Shown piece by piece: positions 16,218 through 28,140 of a DNA stretch of 64,000 nt. Each line of letters begins with the position of its first letter. The first letter of the stretch is position 1. The stretch is from Tubulanus polymorphus. Its lineage: Eukaryota; Animalia; Nemertea. Made by a program: the position numbers and the translations under genes. The stretch spans positions 13,824,686-13,888,685 of the forward strand of contig NC_134035.1 of NCBI RefSeq assembly GCF_964204645.1, in the 5' to 3' direction. The notes below the pieces were generated by a model. The model did not search any database, had not been told where the DNA came from, and saw nothing but the letters and a program-made list of their open reading frames with translations.

Positions 16218-19200
16218 ATGGCGTCGACGAACGAAGTGGAAACTGACAAAAAATCGCAGACAAGAACACGTAAAAACAGCACAGGTACTAAACTACCTCC
16301 AAGTCCTTTAGGTGCTGAACCGAGGAGGCCTCTTCCTCAGATTTATGATTTGCCTTATTCGTCGTTAGAACTCAGTGAAAACGAGAAGTCGTTGATTCGA
16401 GAGAGCTGTCATCAGACCTCCACCGCCGAGTGGCAGCAATGTCGGTCGTTACCTCGACCGCGAACACCTGCAGCAATCGCTGAATCGTTCTTCTGGAGAA
16501 GGAGTAGGAGCAGTAAGCAAGACACAACTCTATAAACTATGCTAGTCTAGCTATTAATATATCTCTGCCATCGGCCTATTATGTTTCTATTCCACCACAT
16601 TTTAAAGATTTTCAGGCAGGCAGGGCCCGGGGTCAGACCCTCAGTCGGGTGTTGGATCGCAATATGGCAGCTGTGTGTGAGACATGTCACATACAGAACA
16701 GCTCCCCCTGGTCAAATAGATGCAGGCATCCTTGGCCGGACAGGTCCTGTTCAATCCAGGGTTCAAATCCATGCTGGTGGTGACAGAGTTTCGACTAAGG
16801 TTTCGATCCAGGCCCCTTCCCTATAAAGAAAATTTATTGTTTAATGCCCGACGAGCAATGCAAGCCAGTTGCTCATAATTTGGTGAAAGGAAACTCTGTA
16901 GATAGATGCTGTATTGAAGTTGGATATTGTCTGTCCAGCAGTTAACTCTCAAACACTCTCTGACGAACTCAAAACTGCTGTTGAGCTGAGAGTGGTGTCC
17001 CATTCAGCAGCAGTGTAAGCTAGGAGTTTGAAGGCTTTTAGTAAATAGTTGATTGAGATTGGACTGGTATTTCACACTCTTTACAACAAATAGCTGGAAC
17101 TCCTGAACCGCCATCCCCTGTAGTAGACTTGAAATCTATCAAAAGAAAAACAAAGAGCTGTCGACCCTTGTGAAATGAGGTTAATTCGTAAATTTATCAG
17201 TCATTTTTCACTCAATGATGAACTATTTATAGATCGTTTATTAAAATAATAATCGCCCTTTCGACTGTTCGGCAATAAATCTACGAACTTTGGAACGAAC
17301 ATTAACTGGACTTTGATCATGAATCGCAGTTTATAATAACGATAGTTCAGTAGTAGTCGATATTCAGTGATCATCGGATCGTTTAAACCAGGATTAAATG
17401 GATCTGTTGTTATTGTTATTATTTGACTAGACGCTAATCTAGGATTATTATTCGTTATGGCGAAGGGAATTTCGTATTTAAAATCTGAAGCGCGATGTAA
17501 AGAAACGATCATAAATTTTGCTAAACGCAGGATGACTTTTAATCCAGGCTTAGCTAGGGGAGTTAGTTTTAATTCCGGATTAACTCGTGGAGTCACTTGT
17601 AATCCACACTTTGCTCGTGGATTTTATTGTGTGAATATATCAACAGGTATAACTATAAATAACTCTGGTCTCGATTCACGTCTGAGATCAACTCTTCAGT
17701 GACTGTTTTAACTCTGGGGCCGGTTACATAGTCATGGCTTAGACTTAACAACTGTCTAAAACAAACTTAGTTCTATAGCCAATCTAACAACTTAAGACCA
17801 GTCTAAGACAAACTTAGTTCTATAGCCAATCTAACAACTTAAGACCAGTCTAAGACCAACTTAGTTCTATAACCGATCTAACAATTTAAGACCAGACAAA
17901 GACCAACTTAGTTCTATAGCCAATCTAACAATTTAAGACCAGTCTAAGACAAACTTAGTTCTATAGCCAATCTAACAATTTAAGACCAGACAAAGACCAA
18001 CTTAGTTCTATAGCCAATCTAACAATTTAAGACCAGACAAAGACCAACTTAGTTCTATAGCCAATCTAACAATTTAAGACCAGACAAAGACCAACTTAGT
18101 TCTATAGCCAATCTAACAACTTAAGACCAGTCTAAGACAAACTTAGTTCTATAGCCAATCTAACAATTTAAGACCAGACAAAGACCAACTTAGTTCTATA
18201 GCCAATCTAACAACTTAAGGCCAGTCTAAGACCAACTTAGTTCTATAACCGATCTAACAACTTAAGAGCAGTCTTAAGATTTATTGGACTGAAGTCACAA
18301 CCGTGCAACTGATGTTTGTTGAAATATCTTTCTGATACTGTTACCTATGATAATGTAATACAGTAAACCGTGTCTAAACTGGGATAAAGTGGGACCAGCA
18401 AAATTATTGTTTTGAGTTAACGATAAGGATAGGAAAATACATCAGAAAGTTAGAAAAATGATTGAAATGATAGAAATTAAATCGAATTTGATTTGAGTTC
18501 TATGATATACCATCCATCTCAGATATCACTTACTTATCAGCTTTCCTGAGCCGAGTCTACGCTATATCATTTATCTCTGATATCACTCTCAAGTCAGACT
18601 AATTTAAACGGCCCCCAAAAATCCGACCTGGGTGCAGTCTCCTTGCCCCAAGCGCCTTGTCCCACTCCCTCGATTCCCTCTAGCCCAATTTGCGACTGCA
18701 TCATATTTTTTTCGTTTTAATTTCAGAAGGAACTGATTCTCCCATCGCGTATACTCAATTAAACTCACATGCCAGTGCCGGCGCCGGTAGTACGAGAAGG
18801 TCGTTGCTATGCCTCGGATTAATATTTATCGTTTCATTGTTGGCGCTGTTCGTCGTTTATTTGAACTTTCCGAAATTGTCCGAGTAAGTTTCCATCGGTA
18901 ATTAGCGTGACTTACACACGCGCGCGCATTCGTAGTTATTTTGCTTAGAAAAAAAGACAGCTTAAAAACCGAACAAATTTCTGTAGCTTATTATTATTCT
19001 CTGCTTATGTAAATGCATTTAATCTTCTTCATTATATTTTACTTTATAAACGATAAAAAAAATATTCCATTATTGTAATTCATTCTCCGCTAAAAAAAAC
19101 AAACAAATTTTTTGTATTTTTATAAACTCAAAATTTCGAATAAAACAATTTTTTTTGTAAAATCACAAATTTCTAGTTTGTTTTTATTGCTGTCTTTTTT

Positions 19201-22200
19201 TATTTGGACTTTAAACTCAGTGGTTCTAAATTCAGAGTCAAATGAGTGGCCGATTAAAGTTTACACCTCTCATTATTAAATTCAGTGATAAATTAGGCCT
19301 ATAAACTCAGTTATATCTTCTCATGATTGCTAAACCTACAGCAGCAGCTGAACTAGTTAGTTACCTAATCGTTGGTGGTAAGCTTTATATAATCGGATGG
19401 GCTTATACCAACGTTAGGGATGACAAGAGCCGAAACACGGTTGTGGAAATATCCGATCGTGAAACTAAACCACAGTCAGGTTACTGACTACAGCTGAACA
19501 GGCTAACACTAGGCTCTGACCAGTCATCTGACTACAAACTTTCAGCTCTAACATGGGGTTCTGGATAAATAGCATCAGGGGTCAACAAAGTTAGCTAGTG
19601 TCTTTAGTTAAGTAAAGGGTCGAGAATAGACCACTCTCTGGACCTTCTCAGTTTACTTACAGTCCTCAGGTAGGTACCTAATATTGTCGGTTTAGTGTGT
19701 TAGTATCACAACTGTAGTTAACTATTAATAGTTGTAATTATTGTATATTTACAGAGAAGAGAAGCAGTATATAAGAGTTCCTCGAGATATCGAGGCAGCG
19801 AAACAACTCGGAAATATTCTATCACGTTATAAAGATCAATATTATTATCAGGTTCTTGCTGGATATTTCTGTTCGTATATATTGTATCCTTTACTACAAA
19901 CGTAATCATCTTACGTAGATTCTACTCTTTATCTAAAAACAGTCGACTTCAATCTTAGATTCTACTAGACTCTAAGAGTCGACTTCAATCACCAATACCA
20001 CAGTGACTGTCGCTATTATCTTCAATCCAACTTTTCAGCAACTTACCCTCAGAGTTTACTGTTTTGTAACGAGTCAATCTAATTATATTGTACTTAACTC
20101 TAAATGTCTCAGTTTACAAACGTTTGCGATTCCTGGTTCTATATTTTTGAGTATTCTCTCCGGGTTCCTATTTCCATTCCCTCTAGCTCTATTCCTTGTG
20201 TGTTTGGTAAGTGTGAGATTGATTCTCGATTGCGATGACGACGCTATCTATGTATTTATAACTGATTTATTTTTAAATATTTTTGAACAGTGTTCGTGTT
20301 TAGGCGCCTCGTTCTGTTATATGTTATCGTATCTGGTTGGCAGACGCCTCGTTCACAAATATATACCTGATAAAATAACCGAGTGGTCGAAACATGTAAG
20401 TTTGAAAAATAGCTACCCGTATGACGAGAGAAATCCCACAATAACGAAGCCAAGATTCTATATCAGAATTATTGTATAGAACAATTAGTTGGGATACTAA
20501 TACACTAGTACGCCTGATGATGGCTAACAGTTGTTTCTCCTGTTGATGGCTAACAGTAGGTACGCCTGATGATGGCTAACAGTTGTTTCGCCTGATGATG
20601 GCTAACAGTTGTTTCGCCTGATGATGGCTAACAGTTGTTTCGCCTGATGATGGCTAACAGTTGTTTCGCCTGATGATGGCTAACAGTTGTTTCGACTGTT
20701 GATGGCTAACAGTTGTTTCTCCTGTTGATGGCTAACAGTAGGTACGCCTGTTGATGGCTAACAGTTGTTTCGACTGTTGATGGCTAACAGTTGTTTCGCC
20801 TGTTGATGGCTAACAGTTGTTTCGACTTGATGGCTAACAGTTGTTTCACCTGATGATGGCTAACAGTTGTTTCGCCTGATGATGGCTAATAGTTGTTAGC
20901 CGAAACGTCGCTGCTCAAATATAATCATTCTGATATAGAATTTTTCAATCTTGGCTTCATTATTGTGGGATTTCTCTCGTTATCATCATACACGGATATT
21001 GTGTATCTTCTCGTCTAAGCTACCCGTATTCTTAACACATATTTCCCTTGGGTCTGTTTTCACGAAAAGATAAGTTTTTAGTTCAATTGCTCACGAAACA
21101 GTTAAAACTAGAGTTGTTAGTTTAATGCTGTTGAAATTCATGTTTTCTGTGAAGTTAACGTTAAACGTTCTTAACTCAATTACTCCTCAAGCGTCTGATT
21201 TTAATGTTTATTTTTATCTATTTTATTTTCCAGGTGGAAAATCATCGTCAGCATTTATTGAATTATATTATATTTTTACGTATAACGCCGTTTTTACCGA
21301 ACTGGTTTATAAACATAGCGTCTCCTGTTATTAACGTTCCGTTAGTTCCGTTCTCATTCGGTACATTTTTAGGTGAGTTCTATTTCAATCATCAATTCTG
21401 ACCAATCATCACTCAGCACAACGTTTCTATATCAATTCTGACCAATCATCACTCAGCACAACGTTTCTATGATCTTAAGACTTGAGCTCCGTAAAACAAA
21501 TGCAATTGTGATGATTTGAAATGTAATTTTATCCTAAGCAACTAAATCAATCAAAAGTTTACTTTTTAATGAAACCAGGGTGTGGGGTTCCTCTCTCCAG
21601 CACGTGCTTCCGGGTTGGAGGGTCCACAAGATCGCACCACTGCGGGGTTAGAGTATGCCTCCAGTCCGCACTCCATTGAGGTTGGAGGATCCTCCAGCAC
21701 TGCTGCGGGGGTCAGAAGTTCCTCCAACTCACTACTGCAGCATCAGAGAGTTCTCCAGTCCGCACTCGTGCAATGTTGGAGGATGCTCCAGCTCTCCTCA
21801 TCAATAACTGAGAGTTTAATAATTGATTATTTCAGGTGTTGCTCCGCAATCACTAATACTAATCCAAGCCGGATCAGCTTTACATCAATTATCGTCCACT
21901 ACAGATATTTACTCGTGGAATTCTATTTTACTCCTGACTTTACTCGCATTGTTCTCAATTCTACCGATAATTATTAGATATTATCTACGTAAAAACCATC
22001 ACTCCAGTACTCCTAGATTTATATAGAAACAGATCAGTGAATTCAGCGTTTATATTCTGGATTCCCTGATCGGTGGTAAAACCATGGGCTCGGTTTGTAT
22101 GGATTGGTATTAACTTGAACCCAAGGACAGTAACTCAACCCGGGCTGAAGTTAATACCAGTCTATAAAACCGGGCCTTGTATCTTTTAATTGATTGAAGA

Positions 22201-23040
22201 AGTGATCATGCAGTGATGAATCCACAACCTGGAGTCTGACATATAAAAGGGTGGCTCCAGGCTGGATTCCTGGGTTGGGCGGGTGGCTCCAGGCTGGGTT
22301 AATTAGTTTGACTCCATAGATTTAAACAGTTGTATAAATACTGATAAATGTTTTGATGTTTGAGGTGTGTTGGTGACACATCCATCTCCGGCTGAATCTC
22401 CGTAATTGTTGGGTCTGGTTTGTTAAAGATGATATATATTTATTGGTATATTTTTAAAACGGTTTTATATTCTCGTAGTCAATCATAGATCTGTTATTGG
22501 ATTTATATAAAGTTTATTTATTTATTCAAGTTACGAATGTAAAGATTTTTAAACTTATTCGAGTTTATTGTTATAACTGAAGGGTGTGTAAAGGAGGTGG
22601 TGGGAGTTCTTCATGGCTGTGACCAAGGTCACAGGGGCTCGTATCAGAGTTGTCTGTGATATGTCACTAAACACCGGATTAACTGATTATCAATTTTACA
22701 ACTCTCTGATATGAGCCCCTAAGAGCATAAATGTGGGGAGTGAGGGAGAGGGGAGATTAGGATAGAGAATGGGACCAACGCATCGAATACACCTCGAGTC
22801 TTAATAATTATCTTAATAATTATCATAATATTCATTAATGGAAGTTTTATTTTGTTGTATCTCGTTGCAGGGGTGGCGCCACCTTCGTTCGTAGCGATTC
22901 AAGCCGGTACTACGTTACACAAGTTGACCTCGTCTAGTGACGCCATCTCTTGGACGTCGATGATAGTACTCGGTTTATTCGCGTTGGTTTCATTGTTGCC
23001 AGTCGTATTTAAAAAAACGCTTCAAAAGAAATTCGAATAA
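16218..23040 (+). CDS. TMEM41B: Transmembrane protein 41B / stasimon (VTT/DedA-family ER scramblase), ~286 aa. Exons 16218-16284, 18727-18883, 19755-19883, 20113-20206, 20291-20395, 21234-21372, 22871-23040
   Basis: The exons splice into one frame (861 nt) with the family motifs LQTFAIPGSIFLSILSGFLFP, FLRITPFLPNWFINIASPV, GVAPPSFVAIQAGTTL and C-terminal KKFE. Confidence 0.95.
17716..18311. mobile_element. MITE family 2 copy with an internal ~45-bp unit amplified ~12 times
   Basis: The ends match the unamplified copy at 36023-36162. Unit accaacttagttctatagccaatctaacaa.ttaagaccag. Confidence 0.75.
19884..20112 (+). other. U12-type (minor spliceosome) GT-AG intron in TMEM41B
   Basis: 5' site GTATCCTTT, branch-like TACTTAAC at 20091-20098, no strong pyrimidine tract. 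Splicing restores YIF|LQTF. Confidence 0.9.
20411..21029 (+). mobile_element. Non-autonomous Penelope-like insertion with a minimal hammerhead ribozyme and an internal 26-bp tandem array
   Basis: 12-bp direct repeat agctacccgtat (20411-20422, 21018-21029). Inverted arms ~20423-20473 and ~20923-20981. Core CTGATGA-stem II-GAAACGTC at 20876-20909. Confidence 0.75.
21836..22026 (+). CDS. TMEM41B: Duplicated alternative terminal exon of TMEM41B
   Basis: ttcag acceptor in the same phase as 22871. Encodes GVAPQSLILIQAGSALHQLSSTTDIYSWNSILLLTLLALFSILPII..., collinear with the canonical last exon and open to a stop at 22026. Confidence 0.8.
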
Positions 23041-23967
23041 ACATCGAAAACTGTTCACGGTTCGTTCGCTCGGAACTTGGAACAGACTTTAATCATTTGA
23101 CAGTTGAACCTCGTTATTTCAAATATTCCTAAACGATCTTTATGTAGTATTTTATAATTGATTGTAATTAACGAACAGTCCGTGTATCATACTGGATTTA
23201 ACAAACTACAGTCGAAACTGGCGATTAATCGTCACATCACTGGAAGACTTCTAGTTTGGAGTCTGTATTTGTATTTACTAACTGAAAGGCATCATTTCGA
23301 TAAGTCGCTAAATTACTGAAGTCATCTCTATTTTTGAGTCTGAATTTATATTTCCAATTCAACTAACCAAAATTAATATAAATCGTCCTGATTATAATGA
23401 TCTGGTCATATAACTAAGATGACGACTTTTACTGTGGGTTGCACTGTAGGGGTCATTCATTTATTATGTACACATTAGGGGAGGGGGAGGGGGTCAGTAC
23501 AATTGTGTACTGTAATGCTTAATGTATATGAAAAAATGGCCGATTCTGCGTACAGAGGGGGAGGGGGGTTGAAAAATTCAAATTTTATGCGTACGTAATA
23601 AATGAACTATCCTGTTGTAGATTTTCTGATCCCTCTAAGTTTTCACTAAGTATTTGAACTAAGTTTATGTTTGTGGTTTATAGATTTACTGGGTTCAAGC
23701 TGAACCCCGGCGAGCGATGCACTGTTTGATATTCGATATCATCTCATATCTAATTGTGATCGATGTTTTTAAATTATCTAATTGTATTTATTTCTCTTTC
23801 GTTTTGTTCTCGTTTGATACGAATTCACCGAAAAAAATAAAACAAGAATTTTATTGAAAAATAATTTAGTTTCCATTTTCTCTTTCTTATTGGGAATCAA
23901 TCAATCAATACATTGCTGGAGGAGAGGATTATTGAGGAGCGAGAAGAGAGGAATTATTGCATTCATT

Positions 23968-24716
23968 CAGTTATCCCTCTGAAGAGGGAGTTATCCCACT
24001 GAAAAGGGGGATCCCACTGAAAGGGGGTTATCCCACTGAAGGGGGAGTTATCCCACTGCAGAGGCAGTTATCCCCTGAAGGGGGAGTTATCCCACTGAGG
24101 AGGGGGTTATCCCATTGAAGAGGGATATCCCACTGAGGAGGGGGTTATCCCACTGAAAGGGCAGTTATCCCACTGAAGAGGCAGTTATCCCACTGAAGGG
24201 GGAGTTATCCCACTGAAGAGGGAGATCCCACTGAAGGGGGTTATCCCACTGAAGAGGGAGATCCCACTGAGGAGGGGGTTATCCCACTGAAGGGGGTTAT
24301 CCCACTGAAGAGGGAGATCCCACTGAGGAGGGGGTTATCCCACTGAAGAGGGAGTTATCCCACTGAAGAGGGAGATCCCACTGAAGGGGGTTATCCCACT
24401 GAAGGGGGAGTTATCCCACTGAAGAGGGTGTTATCCCACTGAAGAGGGAGTTATCCCACCGAGGGGGTGGGGGAGGGGTATCCCACTAAGGGGGGTTGTC
24501 CAACTGAGGAGGGAGTTATCCCACTGAGGAGGGGGTTATCCCACTGAGGGATGGGGTGGGGGCTGGGGTGCCATCCCACTAAGGGGGGGGGGGGGTTGTG
24601 GAGGGAGTTATCCCACTGAGGAGGGGGTATCCCAATGAGAGGGGGGTTATCCCACTGAGGAGGGGGTTATCCCACTGAAGAGGGGTTATCCCACTGAAGA
24701 GGCAGTTATCCCAAGG
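23968..24716. repeat. ~18-21-bp G-rich minisatellite between TMEM41B and SNRPA
   Basis: Unit gttatcccactgaagaggga. Confidence 0.92.
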
Positions 24717-25550
24717 AGGCTTTAAATTCTTTATCAAGAGGATAATTTCACTAATTTTCATTAACTCTGTTGGCGATTAAAACAATGCACCCGCCACAGT
24801 GGAAATAGCAACCCTGACCGTCTCGTGCTGCCTCTATGTCTAACGATAGCGGAATTTCTGTGAACTAATATAGTTATCAACTACTGCGACTGTGGCAAGC
24901 GAGTATTATGTTAGTTCACGTTTTTCCCGCTATCGTTATTTTTAGGGGCAGCACTGAACGGTCGAGATCTAGTACGGCTTCGTAATTCTACTGTGGCATG
25001 CGAGGGATATAGATCTTTTTCATTCAATTTCCATCAATCGCTAATCATTAGATTGTTGGAAATAGATAATTGGCTCAACATTGGACCTTTATTTACAGGG
25101 AATCTGCTTTATGCAGACGATTTTAAAGCCTCAATCAAGATCTTGTGAGCGACAGACTCACATATCACATCTCATGCAAATTGGACTCAAAGCCGTCCGA
25201 CCTAAACACATCGCTTCAAAATAACCAGAATCAACACAATGATCGAAGTCACCACAATAGTAAAACCACAACAAAAGGAATGAAATTAAGGACAAAGAAA
25301 GAAGATTTTAACACAAATTGTTTCGTTATATTACAAAAAATGTTATTTATTTTACAAGATAATATAAAAGTTAATATGAATAGATTGAACCGATATCGCT
25401 TTGTGATAGTGTAGTAGTAAACCTGTTCTTATCAGACACATATATATATATATATACATACAGAGAGACAACCAGTGGATATCAGCATCATTACCATGAC
25501 AACGCGGTAACAATGAGTCCAGCCTCCACGGAGGGTAACCTGAAATTGAG

Positions 25551-25573
25551 TCCAGCCTCGGTGCAATGCTGGA
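25551..25573 (-). promoter_or_regulatory. U1A-binding-type hairpin in the SNRPA 3' UTR
   Basis: mRNA sense UCCAGC-AUUGCACCGAG-GCUGGA: a perfect 6-bp stem with AUUGCAC at the 5' side of the loop. Confidence 0.7.
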
Positions 25574-25668
25574 TCATAACTAACTGAATTAATCGAGTTT
25601 ATTTTTTTTATATAAATGCCGATGATTCTGAATATTTATTAGAATCGAGTCACTTCCCGTTGTGTTTT

Positions 25669-27657
25669 CTATTTTTTAGCGAATGCTATTTTCATCGCGT
25701 TCGTTGGAGTGATTTTAAATCCTTGAAGAGCGTCTTTAGCGGCGGCTGCTTGCATGTCATTCTCGAATTCAACGAACGCGATATCGTGACGTCCCGGAAC
25801 CAATCGGACTTCTTTAAATCCGGGAAATCTATAAATTACAAAATAATACGCAACGTTAAAAACTAAAATATCGATATCTTCAAGAGATCAACAACTCAGG
25901 ATTTAACTAAAATATCAATAACTATATGAGATCAACAACTCAGGATTTAACTCAGTCAGTTTTATGTAAAATGCCTGAATTCAGCAGCTGAATTTAGGAT
26001 CCGTTAATTTGAGCAAAATTTTCACTGATACATTGGGCAGACTTTATACAAGGAGTAATTGCTCAAATTTATAAGAGATTAGAGTGTTGAATTCAGATCA
26101 TGGGATCAAATAGTATGAACCCTGATATCACTCCCGACCCCTTTACTTACTGATTAAACAACATAGATAACATCATCTCATTCGTCTCTTCTGGTAAATT
26201 TGTGAGGAATAGAATTTGATTTGGAGGTTGTTCGGGAATAGCTGTAGACGAACCTCCTCCACTCGCTTGACTCGCGCCTGATTGACCTATAATTAATTAT
26301 CATAATAATTACAACAATACAGCTATCGCTAACGGTAACATATTAAACGATGATTGAAACTAACTGGAAGCACCGTTTGACCCCTGCGCGTTCTGACCGG
26401 CAGCACGAGCGGCACCCCTACAAAATAATACAACTACAGTTAAACCAGGTTCAATCAATGATAGACTCTCTTTTAACCAACAAAGATGGCTTCAGACAAT
26501 GGACTAAATGGTTTGAGGATGGCTCCAGATTGTCTGAATAGTTAAAGGGTGGCTCCAGTCTGGTACCTGCTCTATTTATAGATTATAAATTCTTACTTTG
26601 TTTTCTTTTTTTTCTTGTCGATCGGATCTTCCTCGGGCTTCTTACGTTTCGGTCGTTCCTGAAACGTTCCTTTCAATTTCGCGATGACGTCCGAATCTTT
26701 TTTCGAGTATCCAATTCTCTACAATCAATCAGTTAATAACATTTACAGATAATCAAAAACAAGAACAAGAAGGGTGGATGGGGTAGTATATTTACCATTT
26801 AGAAATGGAAACCCTAGCATTGAGGGGGAGAGAGGCAGTAGATGGGAGGGAGTTGGGGTAATGTATTTACCATTGGTTTACTGTAGGAATGGGAACCCTT
26901 ACAGCACTGAGGGGGAGCAGGGGAGGGCACTGGGGGGGGGGTTAGTGGGGGAGGGAGCAGTGAGAGGAAAGGGGAGGGTAGAAAGGAAACCCCTTGGGCA
27001 CTGGGAGGGGGAGGGAGGTGGAGAGGGTAATATATTTACCATTGGTTTATCGCAGAAAGGAAACCCTTGCATCGAGGGGGAGTAGGGGAGGGCACTGGGA
27101 GGGGGAGGGAGGTGGAGTATATTTACCATTGGTTTATCGCAGAAAGGAAACCCTTGCATCGAGGAGGAGTAGGGGAGGGCACTGGGAGGGGGAGAGGAGG
27201 GAGGTGTTGTATATATTTACCATTGGTTTATCGTAGAAAGGAAACCCTTGCATCGAACGTAAAGCGTTTGTTGCGCTGTTTATCTCTTTAAATATCACAA
27301 ACGCTTGTCCTCTCATCTTCAACGTCTTCAACGCGACGATATCCAAAATCTGACCGAATTGTGAGAATATCGCGTAAAGCGATTTCTTCAATTCTGAAAA
27401 TATGAATTATAGCAAGGTCAACAACACCGTCCAGAGTTAGCTCGAGATTCAATCTTTATGTTACTTTTAAAGTTATTACATCATAAACAAAGACTTTTGT
27501 ACCCGATCAGAAATAATTCATTTCAAGGAAATAAATTAAAACTCTAAAAGAGTCAAATCATGCTACAAAATGTTGGTATGTATAGATACTTACCTTCTTT
27601 CTTAATTTTTTCATTGAGATTATTGATGTAAATCGTGTGATTCGGTCTGATATCCAT
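25669..27657 (-). CDS. SNRPA: U1A/U2B''-family snRNP protein (snf-like, two RRMs), ~232 aa. Exons 27657-27594, 27393-27221, 26718-26597, 26417-26374, 26286-26151, 25828-25669
   Basis: [73 protein letters not shown]. The 44-nt exon is needed to keep phase and has a weak donor. U1A versus U2B'' cannot be separated from sequence alone. Confidence 0.93.
26785..27258 (-). repeat. Tandem copies of the SNRPA coding exon 2 3' end plus donor
   Basis: atgcaagggtttcctttct.cgataaaccaatg|gtaaat occurs ~5 times and decays away from the true exon. Confidence 0.85.
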
Positions 27658-27819
27658 TATCTATCTGAAACAAGAGCGAACAAAATAGAATAAAATCGTA
27701 TTGAATTTAATTGACAGCGTCTATCAATATAAAATCCGCGTAAATCGTCCGTTCAATAACAGGAAATTAATTTTCGTATAAAATAAAAGACTCTTTCGAC
27801 GACAGGAATTTAAAACTTA

Positions 27820-28140
27820 CAGTAATTTAAACGATGAATGTAGATTTAAGGCCGAAATTCCTCGAGCGATTTCTTTCCGTTCTGAATCGACCTTGACCCT
27901 CAATTGTAATCTCCACCAACGAAAAACAATGGCTCAATTCAATGATTATTAAATATTCAAAACTAATTTAACAGATCGAACTTTTCCGATATATCATCGA
28001 TGTTGGCGTAGAGAATTGTTAAGTTTTTTGTAAAAAGATTTCGATTATTTTGCGTGATTTCAAAGGTCACGAGATTTCGACGACCATATTGAATGGGGCC
28101 GATTCGCCAGAGAGAAAGTGTCGATTAAAACGCGTAAAAA
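27820..28140. promoter_or_regulatory. Probable bidirectional promoter for SNRPA and VPS26
   Basis: Head-to-head genes. The putative SNRPA 5' UTR donor (~27820) is ~320 bp from the VPS26 ATG. Confidence 0.55.

Noticed and set aside
19415-19450. Additional hammerhead
   Set aside because: No CTGANGA box or stem II; only gccgaaac is present.
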